Positions 1-9,382 of a stretch of 64,000 nucleotides of DNA are shown here, in pieces. This DNA is from Gammaproteobacteria bacterium (GTDB lineage: Bacteria; Pseudomonadota; Gammaproteobacteria; Eutrophobiales; Eutrophobiaceae). The position numbers were made by a program, and so were the translations under genes. The notes below the pieces were generated by a model. That model was not told where the DNA came from. It saw only the letters and a program-made list of their open reading frames with translations, and did no database searches. Numbering within the stretch: the first letter of the stretch is position 1; each line of letters begins with the position of its first letter. Location: contig OZ244846.1 of assembly GCA_965220815.1 (NCBI GenBank), forward strand, positions 1,987,620 through 2,051,619, read 5' to 3'.

Positions 1-612
1 ACCAACAACCTTGATATCGACAACCTGAAACCCCTGTCGAGTTTTCTGGGCAAGCTGGGTAATCCGGAACTGGGCGGACTGGACCTGAAGGAGTTCAAAC
101 GCCGGCAGAAATTGCACCGGGTCGCGGAGATAAATTCCATGAACGACGTGCCGGAATTCATGCACAGGGCCCGTGAAGTGTACGGTTACGCCCATTTCGT
201 CAATGACGCCGGCGGCAGCCTGTGCGAACTCGATGATGACGTGATCGGGATGCTGGCTCGGCATACCCTGGTGTTGTACATGAAGGCCTCGGCAGCAGAT
301 GAAAAGGAGTTGATAGCCCGGGCGGAGCAGGACCCCAAGCCCTTGTATTACCAGGACGCATTCCTGGACGAGCAACTGGCCGGTTACATGCAGGAACGGG
401 GCCTGGATTATATCGCCCTGGTAGAACCCGATGATTTTGTCAGGTGGGTATTCCCAAGGCTGTTCCGCGCCCGCATTCCACGCTATGAGCAGATTGCTGC
501 AAGGTATGGTTATACCGTTGCCAGCGATGAGGTACTCGGTGTCGCATCGGAACAGGATTTCATTGAGGTCATCGCCGGCGTCCTTGACAGGCATGAGAAG
601 GGGTCGGACTGA
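1..612 (+). CDS. conserved hypothetical protein, 5'-truncated at window edge
   Basis: Frame 1 is open from nt 1 with no stop until 610-612. The track ORF 112..612 is only its in-window part. The stop overlaps the metA start (ATGA-style). Confidence 0.5.
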   Translation, partial: TNNLDIDNLKPLSSFLGKLGNPELGGLDLKEFKRRQKLHRVAEINSMNDVPEFMHRAREVYGYAHFVNDAGGSLCELDDDVIGMLARHTLVLYMKASAADEKELIARAEQDPKPLYYQDAFLDEQLAGYMQERGLDYIALVEPDDFVRWVFPRLFRARIPRYEQIAARYGYTVASDEVLGVASEQDFIEVIAGVLDRHEKGSD

Positions 613-1625
613 TGCCGTTGGTAGCTAATACTGACTTGCCCAGTTTTGCGCGGCTTGAGAGCGAAGGCAGTCTTGTCATTCCCCGGGACACGGCCCTGAG
701 CCAGGAGGTGCGCGAGCTGCATATCGGCCTGCTGAACATGATGCCGGACAAGGCCCTGGAGGCCACGGAGAGACAGTTCTTCCGGCTGGTCGGTGAAAGT
801 AACCAGATAGCGAGGTTTTACCTGCACCCGTTCACCCTGAAGGAACTGCAGCGCAGCAGGGAAGGCCGGGAGCACGTGGACAGGTATTACAAGAGTTTTG
901 AGGAGATACAGGCCGACGGACTGGATGCGTTGATCATCACCGGGGCCAATGTAGTCGACCCGGCCTTGGACCGGCAGGAATTCTGGGACCCGCTGATCAA
1001 GGTGGTTGACTGGGCCTGTGACAATGTCACGTCCATATTGTGTTCTTGTCTGGCTACCCATGCGGTATTGCAGTTCCGTTACCGGCAGCGCCGGGTCGCG
1101 CTGCCCGACAAGTGCTGGGGCGTTTATTCACACCGGGTCGTGGACCGTTCGCACCCCCTGGTGGCCGGCATGAATACCCGCTTTGATGTGCCGCACTCCC
1201 GTTTCAACGCGGTGACGCCGCAGCAGTTCGCTGCGGTCGGACTGAAGGTGCTGGCTCAAAGCGGCGAAGTCGGGGTGCATCTGGCTGTCAGCGAGGATGG
1301 GTTGCGCCTGGTATTTTTCCAGGGGCATCCCGAATATGACGCGAACAGCCTGTTCAAGGAATACAAGCGGGAGGTGTTGCGGTATTTCTCCGGCGAGACT
1401 GACGCATACCCGCCGTATCCTGAGAATTATTTCAGCCTGCAGACCAGGGCGATTCTGGCGGAGTACCGGGATCGCGTGGCAGCGGCCAGGAACAATGGCG
1501 GGGACCTGCCGCTGTTCCCGGAGCAGCTGATCAGTCCCGGCCTGGACAACACCTGGCATGACAGCGCCGAATCCGTCATCAACAACTGGATCGGACAGGT
1601 CTACCGCATGGCCCACCCGGGCTAG
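612..1625 (+). CDS. metA: homoserine O-acyltransferase (MetA family, HTS/HTA)
   Basis: 337 aa. Strong family similarity recalled from E. coli MetA (IGLLNMMP, ITGA, HSR motifs, GHPEYD). Confidence 0.85.
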   Translation: MPLVANTDLPSFARLESEGSLVIPRDTALSQEVRELHIGLLNMMPDKALEATERQFFRLVGESNQIARFYLHPFTLKELQRSREGREHVDRYYKSFEEIQADGLDALIITGANVVDPALDRQEFWDPLIKVVDWACDNVTSILCSCLATHAVLQFRYRQRRVALPDKCWGVYSHRVVDRSHPLVAGMNTRFDVPHSRFNAVTPQQFAAVGLKVLAQSGEVGVHLAVSEDGLRLVFFQGHPEYDANSLFKEYKREVLRYFSGETDAYPPYPENYFSLQTRAILAEYRDRVAAARNNGGDLPLFPEQLISPGLDNTWHDSAESVINNWIGQVYRMAHPG

Positions 1626-1639
1626 CGGCAGGGATAACG

Positions 1640-1984
1640 CTATTCGGTTTCCTTTTTTCTTGCAGGTGAACGGGTAGAACGGCGCCTGGTTCTGGTCCTG
1701 GGCGCAGGTTCCCTGGCTTTTTCCGGCCAGGGACTGAAGGGGAACGGCTTGTCATCCGACTGGAAAGTGATATAACCCAGGATCAGGGAGATGTAACGCA
1801 GCAGTCCGCCGTTGAAATCGGCCACTTGCCGGTTCAGATCACCCGTCAGCAGCTTTGTAACGAATTGAAAGACAACCACCAGCCACACAAGGATAACGGC
1901 AAAGTATAGAATAACGCCGAAAATGAGGATAAACAGGCCGCGCAGCCACACGTCCGGGTTTTTTACATTTTCTTTTACGGTCAT
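1640..1984 (-). CDS. small integral membrane protein (DUF4389-like)
   Basis: 114 aa with two hydrophobic helices (LFILIFGVILYFAVILVWLVVVF) and a basic C-terminal tail. Confidence 0.4.
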   Translation of the reverse strand: MTVKENVKNPDVWLRGLFILIFGVILYFAVILVWLVVVFQFVTKLLTGDLNRQVADFNGGLLRYISLILGYITFQSDDKPFPFSPWPEKAREPAPRTRTRRRSTRSPARKKETE

Positions 1985-2106
1985 TGATTTTTCCCGATTA
2001 TAAAATATGGATTATACAGAATTAACATTAGGCACCTCTGATTAATTCAGAGGCTCCATTATTGCATCTGCGCTAATCTGCGCCATCTGCGGATCAACCT
2101 GCGTAA

Positions 2107-3927
2107 TCATTCCAGGCTGAACGTCAGTATCTCGTCGCCGACCTCGTAGCCGAACAGGGAATTTCCCCCCGCGGCAACGGTAATATATTGTTTGCCCTTG
2201 TGCATGTAACTGACCGGTGGGGCGTTGACGCCGTATTCACTCATGTATTCCCACAGGGGTGTGCCGCTGTGGGCGTCATAGGCGACGAAGCGGCCGTTGC
2301 CTTCACCGGCAAATACCAGGTCGCCGGCAGTGGCCAGCGCGCCGCCGACCATGGGCCGCCCCACTTTCTGCTGCCAGCTTACCTTGCCGGACACGACGTC
2401 GATGGCGCTGAGCACGCCCCAATCGGGTTCATCGGCCTTTTTGAAAAACGACAGGCTCTGCCAGGGCGCACCCGGTTGCGGTTCCAGTTTCCTGGAAAAG
2501 AACAGTGAGGGCTGGTAAATGCCGGGAATGTACACCTGTTGCAGGCCGGGGTGGTACGCGACCGGAGACCAGGACACCGCGCCCAGGGTGCCGGGCACGA
2601 TGCGCACGCCGTCCTCTGTCGGCCGCGCGAACAGGTTTTCCGGCTTGATGAAAGGTTCGGTGCGCCGGATCAACCTACCGGTCTGCCGGTCATGGATAAA
2701 GAACCAGCCGAGCTTGCTCGCCTGTCCCACCGCCTTCACGGTCCTGCCGTTTTCAACCAGGTCGAACAGTACCGGCGGGCTGGCGACGTCATAGCCCCAG
2801 CGGTCATGGGGCACCTGCTGGTAATGCCAGCGCAGCCTGCCCGTCTCCGCTTCCAGGGCGACCAGACTGACGGTGTACAGGTTGTCGCCGGGACGGGTCG
2901 AGTCGTCCATCTGCGGCGACGGGTTGCCGGTGCCGATATACACCAGGCCCAGTTCAGGGTCGATGGCCGGTGTGGTGTAGATCGAACCACCACCGTAGCG
3001 CCAGGTATCGGCATAGGCCCTGTTGGCGTGTTTCTCTGCTTTCAGGTCCCGGTTCAACGGTACGCCATACCCGGTTTCCTCCCGCCACTCGCCCTGCCAG
3101 CCGGATTCCGGAGTGCTGTACCAGCGCCAGATTTCCTCGCCTGTCTCCGTATCGTAAGCAACGATGAAGCCGCGTAACCCATGGCCCCCGCCGGACAGCC
3201 CGCCGACCGACAATACATAGTCGCCGTCCTGATCAAGGTCCATGTGCAGGCCGTAACCCGCGCCGGAAATGCCCACCAGGACTTTACCGGCAAATACCTG
3301 CGGAGCCAGATTGGCGGTGTACCCGGTCTGCCCCGACTGTCTTGCGCCTTTCAGTTCATCCACGCCCAGCAACGGGTCGAGTTGTTCCGCCTTGCCCGCG
3401 TCGGTATCTGCGATTGCCGTGTCCCAGATTACTTTGCCCGTTTTCCGATCCAGGGCGATCAACCTGGCGTCGATGGTGACGCTGAACACCTTGTCCGCGC
3501 TCAGCGCCGGCCCGCGGTTGGCGGGGCCGCAGCAGAAACTCCTGTCTTCCGCCAGGTCATGGCGGTAACGCCACAACACTTTACCCGTGCCCGCGCGCAG
3601 GGCTATGACATCGTTGTAAGGGGTCGTTACGTACATGATTCCGTCCCGTATAATGGGCGAGGTCTGGAACGACCCGAACTTGCCGGTGTTGAAACGCCAG
3701 GCCAGCCGCAATCGCTCCACGTTGCCGGCATTGACCTGGGACAGGGGACTGAAACGCTGGTTGTCGAAGGTGCGCCCGTACAGGGGCCAGTCGCTGCTGT
3801 CGGTCAGAATGACGGCCGCGCCGGCGGGTTGCGCGACCAGGCAGAACAGCGCCGCCGCCAGTTGGTTGCGGCAACGGCGGATGAATGGGGTCAGGTCGCA
3901 CATTACGTACAGAATAACATTTTTCAA
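2107..3927 (-). CDS. PQQ-dependent dehydrogenase, methanol/ethanol quinoprotein family, periplasmic
   Basis: 606 aa with an N-terminal signal peptide. Vicinal Cys-Cys (SFCCGPANRG) as in MDH/ADH quinoproteins, repeated W-containing propeller motifs, and a PHDRWGYD segment aligned to XoxF PHDEWDYD. Confidence 0.8.
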   Translation of the reverse strand: MKNVILYVMCDLTPFIRRCRNQLAAALFCLVAQPAGAAVILTDSSDWPLYGRTFDNQRFSPLSQVNAGNVERLRLAWRFNTGKFGSFQTSPIIRDGIMYVTTPYNDVIALRAGTGKVLWRYRHDLAEDRSFCCGPANRGPALSADKVFSVTIDARLIALDRKTGKVIWDTAIADTDAGKAEQLDPLLGVDELKGARQSGQTGYTANLAPQVFAGKVLVGISGAGYGLHMDLDQDGDYVLSVGGLSGGGHGLRGFIVAYDTETGEEIWRWYSTPESGWQGEWREETGYGVPLNRDLKAEKHANRAYADTWRYGGGSIYTTPAIDPELGLVYIGTGNPSPQMDDSTRPGDNLYTVSLVALEAETGRLRWHYQQVPHDRWGYDVASPPVLFDLVENGRTVKAVGQASKLGWFFIHDRQTGRLIRRTEPFIKPENLFARPTEDGVRIVPGTLGAVSWSPVAYHPGLQQVYIPGIYQPSLFFSRKLEPQPGAPWQSLSFFKKADEPDWGVLSAIDVVSGKVSWQQKVGRPMVGGALATAGDLVFAGEGNGRFVAYDAHSGTPLWEYMSEYGVNAPPVSYMHKGKQYITVAAGGNSLFGYEVGDEILTFSLE

Positions 3928-3930
3928 GAT

Positions 3931-4845
3931 ATGCGAACGACAACACTGTTTCCGCTGGGGGCCGTCGCCATCAGCGTTTTTTCCTTCCTCTGTCCCGAAG
4001 CGCTGCTCCCTTTCAGGGGATACATCGTCCCGCTGCTCGGCCTGGTCATGCTGGGCATGGGTATGACCCTGCTCCCGGATGATTTCCGGAACGTGATCAG
4101 GAGTCCGAAACCGGTCACGATCGGCGTTGCCCTGCAGTTCATCCTGATGCCGTTTATCGCCTGGCTGCTGTCGGAGTCCATGGGCCTGCCGCCGGAACTG
4201 GCCCTGGGCATGGTGCTGGTGGGTTCATGCCCCGGCGGCACCGCATCCAATATCATCTGCTACCTGGCGAAAGGCGAGGTGGCCGTATCGATTACCCTGA
4301 CGGCCGTGTCCACGGTGCTGGCGGTACTGCTGACGCCGTTGCTGACCTGGGTATACATCGGGCAGAAAGTCCCCGTGCCGGTGTTGGCCATGATGTTTAA
4401 TATCTTTACCATCATCCTGGCGCCGGTCACCCTGGGCGTGTTAATCAATTACCGGTTCGGTGACAGGATACGGCCGGCCAAACGCGTCTTTCCGGGACTG
4501 TCCGCGGTTGCCGTCGTTTTGATCATCGGTATCATAATTGCCAATACCCGTGACCAGCTGGCGTTGCTTGCGGCGCCGGTTATCACCGCAGTATGCCTGC
4601 ACAATTTATCCGGCCTGGCCGGCGGCTATTGCCTGGCATGGCTGTTCGGGTGTGACAAACGCATCCGGCGCACCCTGGCCATTGAAGTGGGCATGCAGAA
4701 TTCCGGACTTGCAATCGCCCTGGTCGAACTGACGAAGTTTCCGCTGGCCGCCGCGTTGCCCGGCGCCCTGTTCAGCGTCTGGCATAATATCAGCGGTTCA
4801 CTGTTGGCAGCCTTGTGGGGACGGGAGTCAGGGGTTAGGGGCTAG
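3931..4845 (+). CDS. bile acid:sodium symporter (BASS) family transporter
   Basis: 304 aa polytopic membrane protein with BASS-family motifs (GMTL, LVGSCPGGTASN, EVGMQNSGLA). The track ORF 3181..4845 carries an artefactual N-extension overlapping the divergent PQQ gene. Confidence 0.8.
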   Translation: MRTTTLFPLGAVAISVFSFLCPEALLPFRGYIVPLLGLVMLGMGMTLLPDDFRNVIRSPKPVTIGVALQFILMPFIAWLLSESMGLPPELALGMVLVGSCPGGTASNIICYLAKGEVAVSITLTAVSTVLAVLLTPLLTWVYIGQKVPVPVLAMMFNIFTIILAPVTLGVLINYRFGDRIRPAKRVFPGLSAVAVVLIIGIIIANTRDQLALLAAPVITAVCLHNLSGLAGGYCLAWLFGCDKRIRRTLAIEVGMQNSGLAIALVELTKFPLAAALPGALFSVWHNISGSLLAALWGRESGVRG

Positions 4846-4888
4846 GGGTTAGGGGGAAATAACGACCTTTTGTCCCATTTACCAATCA

Positions 4889-5494
4889 CTAGTCCCTAGC
4901 CCCTGGTTCCTGACAACTGATGATGCGCTTCTCCGTGATGATCTTCTCCACCCGCACGTCTGTACTGGTGACCGGCATATCATCCACGATCTGGCATTCA
5001 TAACACAGCGCCACCCGCGCGCTCCGGGGATGCGCGGCAAACCACTTGTCATAATAGCCCCTGCCGTAGCCGATACGCCTGCCGTCCGGGGTAAAACCCA
5101 GGCCCGGCGTGATACAGAGGTCCGCCTCTCCGGGCCATTCCTCGTCTGAGTCCGGCGTGAGTATGCCGAGTTGTCCGACCTGCAACCTGTCCCAGCCGTC
5201 AAACTCCACGGCGATCATTTTTTCACGGTTGAGTATCCTCGGGATCAGCACTGTTATACCCGACCCGCGCAGGCAGTCGATGATGCCGCGGGTATCCACT
5301 TCCATCTCCGCCGACACGTAACAGAAAACCGTACCGGCCGGCGCCGCCTGCTCCAGCAGGCGTGCGCGAATGGCCCGGTCGTATTCCGGCCGCAGCCGCT
5401 GCGGCAGTTCCCTGCGTTTTTGCTTCAGGAAATGCCGCAGGCGCGCTTTCTCCCGCGCAGGTGTTGCCTCGTCTGTAACAGGGGTGGTTTCCAT
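4889..5494 (-). CDS. 5-formyltetrahydrofolate cyclo-ligase
   Basis: Roughly 200 aa. Characteristic GYGRGYYDK motif and conserved upstream acidic/Gly motifs. Start taken at the ATG METTPV. Confidence 0.8.
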   Translation of the reverse strand: METTPVTDEATPAREKARLRHFLKQKRRELPQRLRPEYDRAIRARLLEQAAPAGTVFCYVSAEMEVDTRGIIDCLRGSGITVLIPRILNREKMIAVEFDGWDRLQVGQLGILTPDSDEEWPGEADLCITPGLGFTPDGRRIGYGRGYYDKWFAAHPRSARVALCYECQIVDDMPVTSTDVRVEKIITEKRIISCQEPGARD

Positions 5495-5584
5495 GTTCAA
5501 TCAAGCGTTTTCTTTTTTTTGTAAAACATAATACAATAACGCACTTTTTTCATCGGAGAACCAGATCCGGTACAAGGTGTATAT

Positions 5585-5845
5585 ATGGTAACGATACGAT
5601 TAGCCCGGGCAGGCGCAAAGAAAAGGCCGTTTTACCACATTGTTGCCGCGGATTCGCGCAGTCCGCGGGACGGCAGGTATATAGAACGGCTGGGTTTTTT
5701 CAACCCGATAGCCAGCGGCCGGGAGGAGAAACTGAAACTGGAACAGGAGCGGATAGACTACTGGCTGTCCCAGGGGGCGCAGCCCACGGAGCGCGTGGCC
5801 GGACTGATAAAGATCAACGCCGGAAACCAAGCCGGCTCAGGCTGA
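5585..5845 (+). CDS. rpsP: 30S ribosomal protein S16
   Basis: [41 protein letters not shown] is near-identical to bacterial S16. Confidence 0.95.
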   Translation: MVTIRLARAGAKKRPFYHIVAADSRSPRDGRYIERLGFFNPIASGREEKLKLEQERIDYWLSQGAQPTERVAGLIKINAGNQAGSG

Positions 5846-5850
5846 TTCCC

Positions 5851-6387
5851 ATGCCGGCGCAGGCTGGCAATGAGTCGGACAAGCGGATAATCATCGGCAG
5901 GATGTCCGGTGTGCATGGGACACGTGGCTGGTTGAAAGTATTTTCCTATACCGATCCCAGGGAAAACATCTTTTTATATCAACCCTGGCTGCTGGGAGAA
6001 GGCAGTAAGGGAAACGGAACGAAATGGACCGAAATCGAATTTGCGGATTGCGGGACCAGCGGCAAAACCCTGGTGGTCAAACTACCGGGAATCGAAGACA
6101 GGGAAGCGGCCCTCGAACTCGTCGGCCGGTCGCTGGCGGTGTATCGCGAGCGTTTGCCGAAGCCGGAGCCGGGTCAATATTACTGGACGGACCTTATGCA
6201 CATGGAGGTTGTTACGCTGACCGGGGAGCAGTTGGGCAGGGTCGTCGATATCCACGAAACCGGCGCCAACGACGTGCTGATCGTGCGGGGCGACCGGCGC
6301 CGTTCGATCCCGTTCGTCATGGATGAGGTTATCCGGCGGGTGGATCAGGACGCCGCCGTCATCACGGTGGACTGGGAATGGGATTAG
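5851..6387 (+). CDS. rimM: 16S rRNA processing protein RimM
   Basis: [21 protein letters not shown]-barrel signature, and the conserved rpsP-rimM-trmD-rplS order. Confidence 0.9.
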   Translation: MPAQAGNESDKRIIIGRMSGVHGTRGWLKVFSYTDPRENIFLYQPWLLGEGSKGNGTKWTEIEFADCGTSGKTLVVKLPGIEDREAALELVGRSLAVYRERLPKPEPGQYYWTDLMHMEVVTLTGEQLGRVVDIHETGANDVLIVRGDRRRSIPFVMDEVIRRVDQDAAVITVDWEWD

Positions 6388-7127
6388 CGATTAATGTGGT
6401 TACGCTGTTTCCGGAGATGTTTGCTGCGGTCAGCGACTATGGCATTACCGGGAAAGCCGTCGGTTCCGGATTGCTGCAGCTCAGCACGGTTAATCCACGG
6501 GATTACGTAACGGACCGCCACCGGACCGTGGATGACAGGCCTTATGGCGGCGGGCCCGGCATGGTCATGATGGCGCAGCCGTTGCTGGCAGCCATACGCG
6601 ACGCCAGGCAGGCTTTGCCCTCGGCCGCGGTGATCTACCTGTCACCCCAGGGGCAGCGATTGCGGCAGCAGGACGTGATGGACTTTGCCGGCAGGGACGC
6701 GTTCATCCTGGTTGCAGGCAGGTATGAGGGCGTTGATGAACGGGTCATGGAACTGGAAGTCGACGAGGAGTGGTCCATCGGGGATTACGTACTCAGCGGC
6801 GGCGAGCTTCCTGCCATGGTATTGATAGACGCAGTGGCCAGGTGCCTGCCGGGAGCATTGGGCAATGATGAATCCGCTATGGAGGATTCTTTTTTCCGGG
6901 GGATACTGGATTGCCCCCATTACACCCGGCCCGAGGTGGTGGCGGGACTGGCGCCGCCGCCGGTATTGCTGAGCGGCGACCATGACAGGATACGGAAATG
7001 GCGCCTGAAACAGGCGCTGGGGCGCACCTGGAAACGGCGTCCCGACCTGCTGGAAGCACTGGTCATGGACACTGAAAAACGGGCGCTGCTGGATGAATAC
7101 ATCACTGAACAGCGGAATGACGAATGA
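6378..7127 (+). CDS. trmD: tRNA (guanine37-N1)-methyltransferase
   Basis: [20 protein letters not shown] and VCGRYEG TrmD motifs; 10-nt overlap with rimM. Confidence 0.95.
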   Translation: MGLAINVVTLFPEMFAAVSDYGITGKAVGSGLLQLSTVNPRDYVTDRHRTVDDRPYGGGPGMVMMAQPLLAAIRDARQALPSAAVIYLSPQGQRLRQQDVMDFAGRDAFILVAGRYEGVDERVMELEVDEEWSIGDYVLSGGELPAMVLIDAVARCLPGALGNDESAMEDSFFRGILDCPHYTRPEVVAGLAPPPVLLSGDHDRIRKWRLKQALGRTWKRRPDLLEALVMDTEKRALLDEYITEQRNDE

Positions 7128-7147
7128 CTCTGATGAGGTCTGGAAAC

Positions 7148-7504
7148 ATGGCAAATATTATTGAACAACTCGAAGCCGAGCAATGCGACCGGGACATCCC
7201 CGAGTTTCATCCCGGCGATACCGTCATCGTACAGGTCAAGGTGGTAGAGGGTCAGCGCGAACGGTTACAGGCGTTTGAGGGAACCGTTATCGCCAAGAAG
7301 AACCGCGGACTTAACTCCTCGTTCACCGTGCGCAAGATTTCCTACGGTGAAGGCGTGGAACGGGTATTCCAGACCTACAGCCCAAGTATTGCCGGCATCA
7401 CCGTGAAACGGCGCGGCGACGTGCGCAGGGCCAAGCTGTATTACATGCGCGACCGGCGCGGCAAGGCAGCCAGGATCAAGGAGAAAATCAAACCGTCTTC
7501 CTGA
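7148..7504 (+). CDS. rplS: 50S ribosomal protein L19
   Basis: [12 protein letters not shown]...HPGDTVIV...[16 protein letters not shown] matches L19. Start taken at the internal ATG (track 7124). Confidence 0.93.
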   Translation: MANIIEQLEAEQCDRDIPEFHPGDTVIVQVKVVEGQRERLQAFEGTVIAKKNRGLNSSFTVRKISYGEGVERVFQTYSPSIAGITVKRRGDVRRAKLYYMRDRRGKAARIKEKIKPSS

Positions 7505-7507
7505 ATT

Positions 7508-7693
7508 TATCCACAGATTACGCAGATTAACACAGATGTTTCACTGTAAAGATGCGTATAAAACTCGTTATTCAAGGAACCATCTGATTAGGTCAGAGCT
7601 TCCTTAAATTATGTTGTGTAAATTTATGGGGACAGAATTAATTCTGTCCCCGGCCTGAAAATAATCTGTGTTAATCTGTGTAATCTGTGGATA
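7508..7693. mobile_element. MITE-like inverted-repeat element A (186 bp) filling the rplS-xerD intergenic region
   Basis: 31-bp terminal inverted repeats, TA|TCCACAGATTACGCAGATTAACACAGAT ... ATCTGTGTTAATCTGTGTAATCTGTGGA|TA, flanked by TA. Internal AGGAACC..TCTGATTA..GGTTCC-type hairpin at 7574-7607 and a GGGGACAGAATTAATTCTGTCCCC hairpin. Starts 3 nt after the rplS stop. Confidence 0.7.
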
Positions 7694-7710
7694 AAACATG
7701 GCGGTAGTTT

Positions 7711-8601
7711 GTGTCTGACAAACAGGCTGATATCGACCAGTTTCTTGATGCCCTGTGGCTGGAGCGGGGGCTGAGCGAGAATACCCTCAGCGCCTACCGC
7801 AGCGACCTTTATTCCTACTCCGGCTGGCTGGCGTCCTCCTCGTCCCGCGGCCTGTTGCAGTCCCGTGCCGAGGATGTGCTGGGCTACCTGGCCACGTTGA
7901 CCGGGAAATCCTCCCGCACCAGCGCCCGGCGCCTGTCATCCCTGCGCCGTTTCTTCCAGTACCTGGCCAGGGAGGGGCGTATCAGCCACGATCCCTGCGC
8001 CCGGGTCGCCGCGCCGCGTATCGGCCGTCCCCTGCCGAAATCCCTCACCGAGGAGGAGGTGGAGAGCCTGCTCGACGCGCCGGATACCGCCACAGCCGTG
8101 GGCCAGCGCGACCGGGCGATGCTGGAAGTATTGTACGCGACCGGGCTTAGAGTATCGGAACTGGTCGGCCTGCAACTGGCACAGGTGAATTTGAGACAGG
8201 GCGTGTTGCGGGTGATCGGCAAGGGCAACAAGGAACGCCTGGTGCCGCTGGGAGAGGAAGCTTCCGACTGGGTGGAGAAATTTATTCGCCAGGGACGCGC
8301 TGAACTGTTGCAGGGGCCTCCCGCGGACGTATTGTTTCCCAGCCGCCGCGGCCGCATGATGGCGCGCCAGACGTTCTGGCATGCAATAAAACGCCACGCA
8401 GTCCGGGCGGGCATCAGCAAGACGCTGTCCCCGCACGTGGTCAGGCACGCGTTCGCCACGCACCTGCTGAATCACGGCGCTGACTTGCGCGTGGTGCAGA
8501 TGCTGCTGGGCCACAGCGACATATCGACCACGCAGATCTATACCCACGTCGCCAGGGAACGGCTGAAGAACCTGCATGCTGAACATCACCCGCGGGGGTG
8601 A
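7711..8601 (+). CDS. xerD: site-specific tyrosine recombinase XerD
   Basis: GTG start. Long stretches identical to E. coli XerD ([74 protein letters not shown]). dsbC lies downstream as in E. coli. Confidence 0.93.
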   Translation: [296 protein letters not shown]

Positions 8602-8653
8602 TATGTTATGATCGCGGCATCACCGAACCGATGAAATTCTGGAGCAAAAAATC

Positions 8654-9373
8654 GTGCGACCTGGATTGATACTGCTGTTGACTGCGGCGTTGTTCACCGG
8701 CGCGGCGAATGCCGGCCCGGACCGGGAAGACTTCCTGCGTAAAGCCATCACCGACGTTTTCCCGGATGTTGAGATCACCCGGATCAAACCGGCCCCGATT
8801 CCCGGGCTGTACGAAGTCATGCTGGGCACGGAGATGTTCTACCTTAGCGAAGACGGCCGCTATATCCTGCAGGGGGACCTGATTGACCTGGGCGAAAAAA
8901 TCAACCTGAGCGAGCAGGAACGCGCCGCCGCCAGGAAGCGGGTCCTGGAAAGCATCCCTGAGTCCGAGACCATAGACTTTGTTCCTGAAGCCGCCCGGCA
9001 TACGGTATATGTCTTTACCGATATAACCTGCGGCTACTGCCGGCAATTCCACCGCGACATGGCCGAGTTGAACGGCAAGGGTGTTGCCGTCAGGTACCTG
9101 GCCTTCCCGCGGGCAGGGATCGACTCGGACTCCTTCAGGGAGATGGAATCAGTCTGGTGTGCGGCTGACCCGAATGAGGCAATGACCCTGGCCAAGGGGG
9201 GCAGGCCGGTTAAACCGGCGCAATGCGACAACCCGGTGCAGCGGCAATACGAACTGGGGCAGAACCTGGGCGTGCGGGGAACGCCCGCCATCTACCTGGA
9301 AAACGGCCAGGAAATGCCCGGTTACGTACCGCCGGACGACCTGCTTGAGGCGCTTAGCCTGTACGCAGGCTGA
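8654..9373 (+). CDS. dsbC: thiol:disulfide interchange protein DsbC
   Basis: Signal peptide, dimerisation N-domain, thioredoxin CGYC active site (DITCGYCRQFH). Confidence 0.85.
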   Translation: MRPGLILLLTAALFTGAANAGPDREDFLRKAITDVFPDVEITRIKPAPIPGLYEVMLGTEMFYLSEDGRYILQGDLIDLGEKINLSEQERAAARKRVLESIPESETIDFVPEAARHTVYVFTDITCGYCRQFHRDMAELNGKGVAVRYLAFPRAGIDSDSFREMESVWCAADPNEAMTLAKGGRPVKPAQCDNPVQRQYELGQNLGVRGTPAIYLENGQEMPGYVPPDDLLEALSLYAG

Positions 9374-9382
9374 ACTGCAGCA

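Noticed and set aside
3181-3930. N-terminal 250 codons of track ORF 3181..4845
   Set aside because: They run antisense through the PQQ dehydrogenase gene and are Q/R/G/A-rich. The BASS transporter homology begins at the ATG at 3931.
7507-7515. TTATCCACA consensus DnaA boxes as evidence of a replication origin
   Set aside because: They occur as termini of dispersed inverted-repeat elements at five or more loci. No dnaA/dnaN/gidA genes, AT-rich 13-mer unwinding element or box cluster typical of oriC is present. They are treated as element ends, with possible DnaA titration left as an open idea.
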